Part shown: piece by piece, positions 24,076 to 37,322 of the stretch
Numbering within the stretch: the first letter of the stretch is position 1
Layout: each line of letters opens with the position of its first letter
Assembly: GCF_031769215.1 (NCBI RefSeq)
Contig: NW_026782073.1
Span: 124,001 to 188,000, forward strand
Reading direction: 5' to 3'
DNA from: Ylistrum balloti
Taxonomy: Eukaryota
DNA: 64,000 nucleotides
Program-made: the position numbers and the translations under genes
The notes under the pieces: model-generated
What the model was told of the DNA's origin: nothing
Database searches by the model: none
The model's input: only the letters and a program-made list of their open reading frames with translations

Positions 24076-27000
24076 TAACATTTAAAAGACTACATTAAAC
24101 TGTTACAGCTGTGCTCCAGGTTCAGTCTTAGACACATTTCCGCCCTAGATGATCATAACATTACAATCTTAATGGGAAAATAATTAAAATTATATCTTTA
24201 CATAGAGGGGCGACTACTACCTGTTAGCATTAAAGATGGATGATTTAACTTTAAGTCGAGTGTACGCGTACATCATTTCTGAAATCATTTCCGGGTTGGC
24301 ACCATGCGGTATCATATTGATAGGTTAAACTGAAACAAAACGAGAAATTTATTAAATATAACGTGTGCCTAAACCAGTTTCTGGGTACGATACAACCAGC
24401 GTACTGAATAGATTCTATCAGGGATTCCGTGGCCCCGGGCCAATCAGAAAGTGCCATAAGTGTCCCCTGGGTCTCAAACATCAGCTTGCACGTGCAATTG
24501 ATTTCTAATTTCCTAAAACCAAAAGTTTAAGTAATAGTTCAACGTGCACGGAATCTTTTAGTCTGGTGTCAATCGCCACACGGCACTCACTTAGCGTGTA
24601 CTTAAGATAATTACAATAAAGACGGATTGGATTCTAGTACTGTATACATATATATATATATGCAGTACAACTGATAAAAATAAGAGTAAATTCACATATA
24701 TCTGGAGATATTGTACCCAAAATGGCCAAGAATTGATGTACTGGAAACGGACAGAGAAATGAATCGAAAAGTGGTTACCGGAAGTGGACTGGAAGCTGCT
24801 GATGTACCAGATGTGGATCAAAAAGTTAAAGAAGTGGGAGCGAATTGGAAGATAAAAATGCACAAGAGGCGGATCGAGAAGTGATGGGACGTTTTCTGAT
24901 TTGGAGAAGATTCGTCAAAGATGGACGGATATTTATGATGTAGACTGATAGGTAATCTGTCGGACGACATGGACAGGAAGTTGACGAAATATGATTTACC
25001 GGTTGCGAACTGATGAGGGGCAAACCAGGAATACGTGTTCTGAAGGCGGGCTATCCCTGTAGCGGACCAGATCACCTTTTGAACACTTTTCCTGCACTGG
25101 TACGCGATGTACTGAAGAGTAAAGAGAAGATATGCCCCTTCCAGCTGGTATATTCTCGACCGCCCATGCACTGGGTATTCCCCGAGGGTAGATGTTATCG
25201 CGCAACGTTCACTTGTACTTGTACGACGTAATCAAAAACAGCAGTTCTAATTAGCATTACTTCCCCAAACTGATGTCACAGGCACCTTTCTTTGGCAGAA
25301 CCATTTCAAATCGATATCAAGCTGATTTTCTCCCTTTCTTTAATTTTCTTAAAATTGAAAATCAAAATTAAAAATTGCACATTTATCAGAGTAAAATTTG
25401 GCTACGGTCCGTAAAACCTATCATAAATAATGCCAAAGCCATAATAACGTCACCGATAAATTACAAGATATCCATCTCCGAAAAACAACCAGTTTAATTG
25501 TTGGCAAACAAAAAACAAAAGTTTGGTGTCTGCGCTGGTGTGTAACGATGCGGACAAGTGCACGTGAAAGAAACCAAGCACCATGCACCGGATGTAAAGA
25601 GAACAACCAATAAGAAACTAGCTTGGGATATAATCAAATCTATATTCTGTGTAGTTTTTCTTTTTAGGAAATTCACTGTTACATTACCTCGTAAAGTACT
25701 TGAGTCATAAACGTTTTAGTGGACTCTTCTCGGGGTATCTGTTTACCGGATCAACAATCTAGAATTTCTGTCCTAGCATAACAACTCGGAACGTTGATGT
25801 TTGTCAAATTACATACATCGCAGTCTGCTCGAAAAGCAAAGACGTATCGTTCTGCATCAAGTGAAACTAGATTTACACGAAAATGATACATGTGCGCGTG
25901 CGGTGAGCGCGCGGCGGCACGTGACCATGTTTGTTTCGTCAACATGCGCAGAAAGGCCGTTCTCGTATCAACGGCGGTCGTCATTATTGCTTGAAAAAGA
26001 AACATTATGGTTATTAAAGAATTGCTCCAAATAAACCGGCTCTCCCTGACTACCTGCTTCGGAGTGAAGAATTTTATACCTTTTTAATTGGAGGCGTTGA
26101 AGAATGGTGTGTTGTTTTACATACTCTACCATGTGTTAAACTGCACCAGGATTCTCACAGTTTTCTCCTATAACTCCAATGGTTAACACTGTTCTTTTCA
26201 ACAATTAATTGTCATACACAATGCAACACGACCATCTAACTCACATTCCTGACAAAGTCATTCAGCGCTAAGCAGTATGAGGGTTACACTGACAACTATT
26301 TGCAGTTTTATCACTTTTTACCATATGGTTATGTTTTGATAAAAGTCGAGTGTTTAAGGAGACAATACACAGTAATGGCCCTACAGTTGTAATGAGACGC
26401 CGTGTCAGTTATGTTGATAAATTTCACTCCTTACTTCGTTAATGTCGTGTAGTGATGTTCGGAGTGTTTGAATTAGATTCTGCATTCCACCCTATCATCG
26501 CCCACTGTCACCCAAGCAATTCACCGACGACCACCGTGACACCATTTACTTTCGGTTATAATACTTTAGACAATATGTGGTGACCCAAACACAGATATGC
26601 CACAGGATGGCCACAGGATGGCCACAGGGACTTGAAAATCAATGGCAGAATTTTGATCCATGGACTAATTCATGTAGGGAAAGCTAATTTACATTTTGGG
26701 GGATCAGGTTAATTATCACAGGTCCATTATGATATACATGTACATATATTGTACAAAGGCAAAAACTCTAAAACTGTTTCCCACCTGAAATAATGCCCGG
26801 TGAGATGTTAGTGATGCGAATCAAATGTAACTTACTTTTGTGTGATATTTTAAACTAGAGTATTTATGAAGTCTGCCACTTGAGACAATGTTACCAAGAC
26901 AGGGGTTGTAAGAACATATGTATCATTTCGTCATGTTGATGAACTTTACTCCAGGTGATACGAAGATTACTTGACCTCATATTAGCATGGTACTAACGTA

Positions 27001-27489
27001 ATCATTAGGAATTTTACGAATATGATCATTTATTTTCATATGGATTTGAAGTTCTTAACACATTAATACATTAGTTAAGGTGCGTTAATATATTGAATAG
27101 TTACCGTTGAATTTGCCTCTACCCATTTGGTATTTGTAATGCAAACTTACATTCATCATTTTCAATTGCCGGTGGCAATTCATGAGGTTGTAATACACAA
27201 CTGAACATGGTAAGGTTACATAGTTGTAGTAACATACAAAGGTAGATATATCGATATGTTTATCTTAAAAGCCTCGAGAAATTATTGTCGTGCACTCATC
27301 TTGTTTTCTTTTTCTTTCAACAACTGTTTCTGGTTTTATTCCTTATACAAAACAAACGATAAAATTACATATACAATTTTTATTTACAGTCCATTGGATG
27401 TATTCGAACCATACCGTTTACATTTATATATATTATAGATATAATCACAGTAAAGACAGTATTCTATACACTGTTTCAGAAATGTCAGG

Positions 27490-28215
27490 AACGTTTGTGT
27501 GATATTGGCATGAATATCTAGAAATAATGTGGCAAGTTTGTGGTGCACATTAACACAATAAATGCTCTGTGGCAGCGGTTTTTGGGACCACCAACGAACA
27601 GAATGTCCACATGTGACTTTACGTCGGCTAGATACGCAGATACGGACGTCGCATTTGCGCAATCGGTTTTTGTCCTCTTCTCTAGAAATATTCTAGTACC
27701 TAGACGAATTAGTTCTAAAACCGTACGAAATAGATTTTGAGAAACCAACCTCCGACCGCGACGTCCCGTTATCCGACATGTTTTACTTAACGTCAGAGAA
27801 CGGTTAAGGTCTACCAGCGAGAGTTGTGCGATGAGTATGATGCAAGGGGCATCTCCGATTCATCATAAGGGCTCGGTCTCAAGCAATTTTCACAGATGAG
27901 TCCAGATTACACCTCGATAGTAGTTACGGCCATTCTGGGTGTAACGTCGTTCGGGAGAGCGTTACAGTTTGACAGGAGGAGCACTTTATTGTCTGGGGTG
28001 GCATTACAAAGCCTGGAAGGACTTTTTTGATTATAGTGGAAGGCAACTTGACCGGTGTGCACTACCGTGACGAAAGTATACGTTATCACGTTATACACGA
28101 TTTCATATTGCATATCTACAGATTTGTCTCCAATTGACCTTGTTGTAGATGAAATGGCGCGACGTCGGCGTCAGGAGCCAAACCCTCTTGCGACGTTAAA
28201 TGAGTTGCTCGATAT
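27490..28215 (+). mobile_element. Decayed Tc1/mariner transposase remnant (pseudogenised)
   Basis: Across frames: HTH-like VHINTINALWQRF, ISSKTVRNRF*ETNLRPRRP, first-D motif IFTDESR, VWGGIT..GRT..IIVEGNLTGVHYRDE, and DLSPIDLVVDEMARRRRQEPNP (degenerate SPDLNPIE motif). Multiple stops and frameshifts; middle catalytic region appears deleted; TIRs not found. Confidence 0.85.
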
Positions 28216-28218
28216 ATG

Positions 28219-28270
28219 CAGGGGCGGATTTAGAGGGGGGCGTGGGGGGCGCACGTCCCCCCTAAAATTG
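28219..28270. mobile_element. GC-rich hairpin (aggggcggatttagagggggg-cgtg…cacg-tccccccta aaatt), resembling the terminus of a short non-autonomous element
   Basis: Imperfect inverted repeat directly abutting the end of Tc1 homology; family not identifiable. Confidence 0.4.
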
Positions 28271-31200
28271 GCAGAGTAAGGGTGAGTTACGAAGTATACT
28301 GGATGGTCTTGGTCGTATGTTATGACTATCACTGTTCTAAACAGCTATAGATGACTTAAGTTGGGCTAATTTTCAAGTATACAGTAACTTTATTATAGTT
28401 GATCACATAACGACAGAAAGAGTTAAGTAAGTTAATCAAACCGAATGGGAGACATAGATCTAATAACACGTAGTATGCATCAATCCGAATGGTAGACATA
28501 CACAGTATTCAACTTGTGGAACTGGTTTTGCAGCCCATCCCCCGATCCCTGTACTCATTCATTCCTTTATAAGGCTACAGATTTCAATCCTGATTGACCG
28601 ATTGTCTAATTTACACTGCTCAATATGAAGATAAGACATTCAGTAGAGAAAGATTTGGTACGAAATGTTACATATATGTAGCATGTGAATTTATAGATTA
28701 GACAGTAGATGTATGTATATAATCAATGAAGTAATAACGACAGTACGGACAAGCAAATTGTCAAATTTTCGAGACAATCTGGCCCTTTATCAAGACACAA
28801 ATATTACATAAATTACATCACATACATAGAACATAAAACAAATACAAAGTTATAACGTTAAAACGAGAGCGGTGGTGTAAATATAGGTGTCTCTATATGT
28901 ATATTTTTATATGTATATGTATCCACTTCTCATATCATGTTAGAATTGTATGTGTTATATCAATAAAGAGTGGATGATATACAAAATATAGTCATATATA
29001 CATGTGCTCACATTGAACTCGTGGGCTGTTGTTACTAAGAGAGTTTAATGAAGATGAATCCGCCGTATCAAACGAGTCAAATGTTGTACTCCGAAGGAAA
29101 TCAAGCGACCAATCTACCAAAGTCGTTTTACAATCTTTATCATTTTATATACGTCTACAATCTTTATCATTTTATATACGTATTATTTGGAATCATCATA
29201 TTCTCGGGAAGAAACTTATTGTAAGAATTTGTAACATTAGTAAAGTTTTTTTGTTTTGTTTTTGTATTGATTTCTATGAAGGAACTAAACCCATTGGCCC
29301 CAATTGAATTTTAAGAATCTAACAAAATATTTGAAGAATTGTGATTCGTTTGATAATTGCGTTCATAATTAAAGCAATTTACTTTCCACGCTGAACAGTA
29401 GTTAAATAAACAAGCGTTGAATGGGAGAAGTGAGTGTGTCAACAGTCGGGACAATCTGGTCCCTACCTGGTGTTGACGGTCGGTGTTTACAGGGTGTCAG
29501 GTGTGACTCAGGTGTTACATTGCCGGAACACACGGTCACTGGTGGTCAATACTTGGCACGTGACCCAACCCGCAAACGGACGGGTGGGGTGCACGTAGCT
29601 TGACCGTTATAATGTACCAATGTCCACGTGGACAAAGTAGCCACGCTGGAACTATAGCGGTAATTTTGAGTGTTTCCCGTTCATATTAGATATTACACAG
29701 CGGGTAGGGGAGCTAAATCTGAGATTTCTACAAACTATAAACACATATTTACCTGTGTTTTATGGCGTATATATCTATGTCTTACTTCATAAGCTAGACA
29801 CTGTTACATATATTAAATACACAAGTCCCTGACTTCACCATGTTACGTTGTTTTTATCATTTCTATGACATTTACATGTGGTATAAATGCAACGTGGGCG
29901 ACATGTAGATTGAATGCCGTCGGTTAAAAATTATATGTATGTGTCTCCTATATTGCGTTCATACCGACAACAAATACAATCTGACCATCATAAAGAAGTT
30001 CAGTTTACACTTCGATATTATTTTAGAATAACAACGTGCCTATTTAATCAAATTGTATCATGAAGTCCATTGTTTGTCCTTTACTGGTAGGGCTTCCTGA
30101 AAATGATAATATCCTGCATGATTTACACTGATATAAAGTGTTTTACCAAATGTTTGAGAACATGGCGCCAAAATGACACCATACTTTAGTCTTGTCATCT
30201 AGAATGGAACTGTATTCCATTGACTACAATCGGGATTAACACTGAGTTAATGGGTAGTTTGTGACATGGTTCAGTGATTAAATGACATTAACATTACCAG
30301 AGTGAAATTTGAACTAATACAGATAACAGAAAACACCATGATCAATGTCTGTATTTCTTTATTCATGTTCCTGAAAATAGTTGGTATATTATATTTACAC
30401 ATAAACTTGTTATGCTTCAAAATAGCTCTAAAGGCATTGTCACAACCCAAGTATTGAAAACAATATGGGTCCTTATTCATTAAAACAATTAACTATATGA
30501 CGTGTGGATTAAGAAATGAGAAGTGTTATAGATAATATGTTTAATATAACAGGAGTTGGCAGTCCTTCTAAGGATTAGATATTTCTAGGTTTAAATTCAA
30601 ACTTTGTTTTTGTATCACCAACAACACATTTCGATTCATACAAACATCTTCCCAAAATAAATTTATAACTGAAGTTGAATTTCTGATTTTTTCCACACAA
30701 GTTTCCTCTCCTTGAAGGCTACAGATGAAACACTGTCAACATCAAATTACACTACATGTAGTTATGGATGAATGATAATGCTTAATTTATTTACAAGAGG
30801 GTCCTATACCACAAAACAAAGAGTTCCAAGTTAGTACCAACTAACTTGGACGGACAACTGATATTTTACAGTTAATCTGATACTAGCCTAAAGCTCTGTT
30901 TGTGGTACAGGTCCAGAATCACAGTACTTGATGACTATAGACACATTGGTATAGTATAGATAATATGTTATCACTTGTCCTCAGGGACACAGAGCTGACC
31001 ATCAACAATCAACAAATAATCATTTGCACACTTTTTATATTTTCATATGAACTTACAATACTGCCGGTTTTTAATCATTTTTTTTTTTTGTCTTCCTGCC
31101 TGATTCTTTGGTCTTTTAATTACCTAACAATTCCTGCATACCAAAGGAAATTATATTAAAAAATTAAACATTCTAATCCTTACAATATTCTGTGTTGAGA

Positions 31201-31643
31201 AAAGTATTGGTGGTCTGTAAATTTGTAATATCCTATGACTTAGAGACATTGAGGTCAAGATATGTTATAATTTCACCAGGTATTGGTGCATGTCAGTAGT
31301 ATAGAGGTATGAGGTTTTCGTATAGGGCAGGTAAAAAAGCTAGTTATACTGACTTCATAAGTCACAAATTTTGTTTTAGTAGTATATTTGTTCTTCAGAA
31401 GATAACATTTTTTCAATGATATAAGTAACAATTTAAAACTTTAACCACAAATATTTTCTGTAGAAATAGAAAACTAAACTCTTTAACAAGAGGACGACAA
31501 TAAATATCACAATAAATCTGGCAATGTTCCATTCACCTCACTTTTATTCCGGTGTAGGGTGAGACTCTGTATGAACCACTTCATTACCGGGTTTTTCCTG
31601 TTGGTACATTTATTATATTATATATTCTATAGTTTTATCAGAG

Positions 31644-34600
31644 TTATTCCTTTGGCTCTCCAGCCTCTTCCTCTTCGGCTTCTCCTCCTTCTGGCTGCTG
31701 TTCTCCTCCTCCACTCTCATCGGCCTTCTGTTCAGCAGGCTCCTCAGTGGGTTCTGCCGGTTTCTCAGCCTGAAAAACAACACAGAATTTAGTTTTTATA
31801 CCCTCAGATTGGTTCCGACACAGAAACACACAGTTTTTTGTCTCCTAAAATAGTCTCTGGTTTGTCTACAATATTGGTAAATAGCCACTTCATGAAAGCA
31901 TTATTTCAATTTCTTTGATTTTATTTCGAAATCACACTATAACCACATAGACAGACTTTACATAAAGATAAAGACCTGAGGTACACATTACAAGCTGTCC
32001 CTGATGTCATGCACATTCCATTACACCTCTTTTAACAAACATTACCACAGTATAGACCTTTATTGGCAATAAGCTGAGTAGTACTTATTTCTTTTCTTAA
32101 GTTGAAGAAGTACAGTAACAAGACAGACTTTCACCAATTTATGTAACATGAATAAGCTTGAACTACTTCAAGGAAAAAATATCATCAACATTAAATTAAT
32201 CTTGACTTTAGTCGATGGATTTGTTGATTTTTCTTCTTTATTTTTTCAAAAATTAATACAGTTATCGAGTTCAGTCAACAAAAAATAATAATAAAAATAA
32301 CATGAAATTAACCTTCAATATAAGTTTTTGCCACTTTAAATTTATACAGGAATAGGTATAACAACCTCACTCAATACAGAAAAAGCTCTTGAACAACTGG
32401 TAAGGGTCATTTAATCAACGTTTATTTTTAGACATATGTTGGTGAAACTCTAGCTTGTGGTCTTTTGAAATGTGTCTTATTATTATTCATAGGGTTTCCA
32501 AAGTACAGCAAATACTAGTTATACTCCAATTAGGGTTGCCAGTCTGTATGTCCCTCTCACCGCCCCACACCCACCTCTTCCCTCCATCCTCTCTTTACCC
32601 AATACAATCTTCCTGTTTTCACACCCAGTATTGTTACTCATTCTACTGTGTCAAATAGTAAAGACGAAATGATCATTACAACAGAAAGAGGTGGGACCCC
32701 AGGGAAAGTGATCACTGGGGCACCACATCCTGGGAATTTCTAAGTAAGAAAATCTTTACCTGTTCATATCTTATACATTTTAGCAACTCAAATCTGTTGA
32801 ATAAATTTTCTCAAGAGGATTATGTTTTGTTATCATCTATTTCCACTACAAAAATTATTGGTGTATCTAAATAATGTGTGATTGCATGTGTATTCAACTG
32901 AACATTTAAATGGTCTGTTGACTAAACACTTCAGTTTTCCTATAGTGAGCCCCTCACTGTCGTGATAAATGTCTAGATTCATTCAGGCGGAAAAAGAGTC
33001 ACCTGCTCAACACAAGGAATGATGTTGTCAAAATTAAGAAGCCGCGTGCCGGGAGTATTGTTGCCTTCCAACAGAGGGACAAGTCATGGGAATTTCTCAT
33101 CTGGCAGAGCGAGGCAGTTCTCTTAGAGCGGGTGCTGACAAACGCAGCTCACTGTACTGAATAATCACTCACACTTACTGATGAAGCGCACCATCGCCGT
33201 CATATTATCCTGCAGGGATCGCTGGTCTCTAATACCCAGCCCTGGTCAGGGGAGTCTATTCTACTTCTATCAAATCTCCCAACACCCGTAATAACTTGAT
33301 AACTATGTTCTTGAGTTGCAGGGAAATTTATTCACACACATATAATGTTTTAATTTTCATATGACAGAATTATGGACTAGGGGTTCTTCAATTATCCCTT
33401 CTGGTGATTTGAATTATGACAACAGCAGATAAAAGCCACTACCTAATCAACCTCCATAATTCCACTTTTGTCCTCTTAATTTTATAAAAATAAGAAATAT
33501 TGACTGTGTGTAAAAAAAAAATGTGTCAGTAATAAAATTATGTTGATTAATTAAAAAAAATCTGGAAATAATTTGTCTGATTTGAATAATTCAAAATTGA
33601 TGTAATTACTGCATGACTTAGAACATTAATTAAACGTTATGATATCAGACATAAACAATAACATAAAAAAGAAGTATACTAAGGTAAACCTTGGAGAAAA
33701 TTTGATAAATCATAAAATTATCTATCATTAAATTTTAATTCAGTTTCATGTTTTTCTGGGTACCTATCATTAATGGTAGAACATTAAAATCTCTATTTAT
33801 ACCTCCAGCACATGTTTCTAGATAAATCTGATGACCAGCTCATGATGCATGATTATATTACCAACAGTTCAATATGCCAGATAAACCTGGTGACTAGTTA
33901 AAAATTCCCGATAAACATGATGAGTATATAATGATATCAAATAAACACAGCAACCACTTTTATATGAAGGTACTGCTTTCCTTATATATCTGACAACTGT
34001 TTCCAATTTATGATGCCAAATAAACTTGACAACCACAATTTGTCAATGATACCAGATTAACCTGACAACTACATCCAGTTAATGATGTCAAATAAACCTG
34101 GAAAAATCTACAGTATATGACACCAGATAAACCTGACAACTACCACCAGTTAAGGACGTCAGATATGCCTAACAACTACATCCAGTTAACGATACCAGAC
34201 CAGTCTTGTTAGTGATGGAGATGTTATTAGGTACAGTAAATATTTCCTTTTTTAACTAACCTCTGTGGTTGTGGCTGCGGCAGGGGGTGGCACTTCCTCT
34301 GTGGCATTGTTTGAGCTGTCGCCTTCCACCGCTGGTTCTAACGTGTCCCCCAGCATTTCCCTTAATTTTTCGTCTAATTTGGCATACTGATCGAAACGTT
34401 TGCTGACCACCTCTCGCAGGATTCCATCTAGCACCATTCTGCCAAGCTGAGACTTGTGTAACTGTTCCTTGACTTGGTCCATCAACCATGGCATAAATCC
34501 CTGTTCAATATCTGGAGGAACAGAAATGTCGTCACTTAGTGGGAAGCATATTTATACTTCTATGGATACAGGTTTATGAACGAACAAAGTTTAACAGCAG

Positions 34601-37065
34601 TGCTGTAGTACTGCACCTCAAATTTAGAATGAACATAAAATTTCCTGTTATATTTGATTCTGAAAATTTAACATTTTAATTTGTTCTAAAAATCTGAATC
34701 ACAAAACTGCATTCCCTTCTATGGATTTATCTATAATTTTATTTAGAGATTCAGTTCCAAAAACATGTTTGAGATTATAACAGTGTGCCCACCTCTTTCC
34801 ACAGGATCATAGAAGTAACCATTGTCTGATAATGTTCCAAACACTGTTGGCACCAAATCGGCGAGGTAGCTCTGAGCAAATGCTCTGGCAGCAATTTTTT
34901 CTGAAGTTTCGTGCTCCTTTTTCAGGATTTCTCTCTGTTGTTTCATACGTCTTTCCTATCGTGAAAAAAACATCAAAATATGTGCTTATTGGGTTATTTT
35001 AAAATAATGGAAAATAAATAATAAAGAATGTAACAACAAGAAAATGAAAACACTTGCTGCCAATCAGTCTTGTGTAAAATGATATAAGGGAGATAATACA
35101 GCTTGATTGTTCCATTCATAGATCTATCACTTTTCATCCATGCAGACATCTACCTTTTCTTCTCTGTGTCGTCGCTCCTGTTCCTCTAATCTCTGTTGTT
35201 CCACCAGTTCTGCATTCCTCAGCTCCTCGAAGGCGCGCTGTTGTGAGCGCAGGTTTGCTAGTTCTTCTTCTTCCATCACCTCTAGTAATGCTTGTTCTAC
35301 TGTCTTACCCACTAACACCTCTAGGATAGGCTTCACTTCCACATCGAAGTCAAATAGCTGTAGATATATCATATATACTAATTACTCATCTGATGGTTCT
35401 CATAACTACAACACTTTTATGAAATGGCTCTTATATCAATTTTTGATTTGATAAATTTGTGTAAAGCATTTCACTTAGGCTTTGTTATTTTCATTATGAA
35501 AATGGCTGTATTGAAAAATCATCAATCTGTATCTATATTCCTTTTCAGTCATCCAAAAGGTAATTTGATTTTATAATAAAACACTTACATCTCCATCCAA
35601 GATCTGTGTAGCTATGTCCAACCCTGTTTTTGCTGGGACAAACATAGGTGATGGTGGTCGGTCAAGGAAGGCATCTGTTTGTACTTCTACATCAGCCTCC
35701 TCCACACGGTCACTGAGTTCTTCCAGATACAGCTCAGTCTGTACATCTATGTGTTTACGACCCTCTACAGGCTCAGGAGATCGGGGGCGTAGTTGTTCTT
35801 TTGCCCGCTTTTTAGCTATTGCACGACGTCTGTTTTCTTGTTGTCTTTGAATTTCGATTGGATCCGGCTGTGCATGCTGCAAACATCAAAAAAATTTATA
35901 CATAACATGTCGGAGAAATGTCACAAATTAGCAAGGAATCACCAGGAACAATTTGTTTGAAAAATTGAAAGCAATATATCTTGTCAACTGAAAGCTGCAA
36001 TAGTGGACATAACATATAGTAGAATGTCTGGCAATTTTGTTGAAATTCATTATTTTTCAAAAATGTCTTTGCCAAAACAATGCCAAAGAGAGATTTCCAC
36101 TTACCGCAGGCAGTGTGTGTTGTGCATATGTATTACCACGAACAATTCTTTTATCATACATAATGTTTCCATATTGTGGAGGGCCCTGTGTCCTGCAATT
36201 GAATAAATAGAATGACATCAAGGTTTTCATCTGATTTGATTATAATTAAGCCACTTCTTAACTTTGAAATAACAATGGTATTGCAGCTATTGGTACTGAC
36301 TTACTTATTATTCTACGTATAGACCATTTATATCAGTAAAATAATATCTTTACAACAGGAAAAAAAAAGAAAATATATAAGGGACTCTCAAGGCTTTTGT
36401 AGTTTGACACATTTAAGGAATTATACAAAAATGCCAAGAATTGTGCCCTTGTGAAATTTGTAAAAGGTTAATATAAGTATTATCATAAAAACTATTTTGA
36501 GATCTAGGCTTACTTGTTGATTCCATTTCTGTCCCTAAATCCAGAACTAAAAGTTTAGAGAAAAAAAAAACTAAAAAGGGGATGGCAGAATGACATAATT
36601 TCGAACTTTCTTTGGAGTTTAAACATCATTTTGAGTGAGGTTAAACAGTTTGAAAGAAAACAAGCCATTTTCTGTTGTTATAGTGTTGGAAGCAGCACTT
36701 GATAATTCTGAAAGAAAACTCCGGCGCTGTTTCATAGCACTCTGAATTTCCTAATTTGAAATCAATAAATTACATTAAATATCAAATAATATTATATCAA
36801 AATGTGAACTGCAATGACTTCTACCCCAGATAAAACGATGGTATTATGTTAAGAGTGACAATGTTTGTGTATGATACCGTGTTGTTAACCTAAACCTGAA
36901 CTTTATCTCTGCTGTTCCATTTTGTGCTGATACATACCCTCCTCCTATATCTCCACCTATATCTCCCGCATCTCTATATTTTTTCCTTTGTTGCACTGCT
37001 CTAGGTTGACTGGCAAAGGTATAAGTGCCCTGTGCTTGGGGTTTTTGAGGAAGTAACGTTGCCAT
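31644..37065 (-). CDS. RSPH3: Radial spoke head protein 3, 415 aa; complement(join(31644..31769,34261..34511,34793..34955,35154..35357,35589..35876,36105..36192,36938..37065))
   Basis: Motifs TYTFASQPRAV, YGNIMYDKRIVRGNTYA, GRKHIDVQTELYLEEL, QTDAFLDRPPSP, LFDFDVEVKPILEVLVGKTVEQALLEVMEEEEL and KIAARAFAQSYLADL. All seven exons have GT-AG boundaries with compatible phases; 1248 nt total. Confidence 0.95.
33790..34205. repeat. Degenerate ~39-bp tandem repeat (core ccagataaacctgacaactac…ccagttaatgat) in RSPH3 intron 6
   Basis: gataaacctg/gacaac cores recur at about 39-bp spacing. Confidence 0.65.
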
Positions 37066-37309
37066 TTTGGAAATCAACCTCCAAGTCCAACTGTCAGTTG
37101 AGGTTCACACCACCGCTGCGACTGCAGAAGAAAATTATAACCTGTTACACTGTATTGCAAATATACTCCACACCTGACATAAGGAATAGCAATGCACTAT
37201 TTGGAATCCAATCAACGCATAAAACACGATAACACTAAGTCAAAGGATCCGTTGGTAGGACAAATTTACCTTGTTGGTTCCAATCAATGGCCAAATATTT
37301 ACGAGTCAC

Positions 37310-37322
37310 GTTGCCAAGATAC
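37310..37322 (-). promoter_or_regulatory. X-box-like RFX site (GTATCTTGGCAAC on -) in the RSPH3 promoter region
   Basis: Strong GGCAAC half-site ~250 bp upstream of the ATG of a motile-cilia gene, next to CCAAT motifs; the other half-site is imperfect. Confidence 0.45.

Noticed and set aside
25380-26050. CpG-rich block with short ORFs (25751-26034)
   Set aside because: No recognisable protein, termini or splice pattern; could be a repeat or an enhancer, but unsupported.
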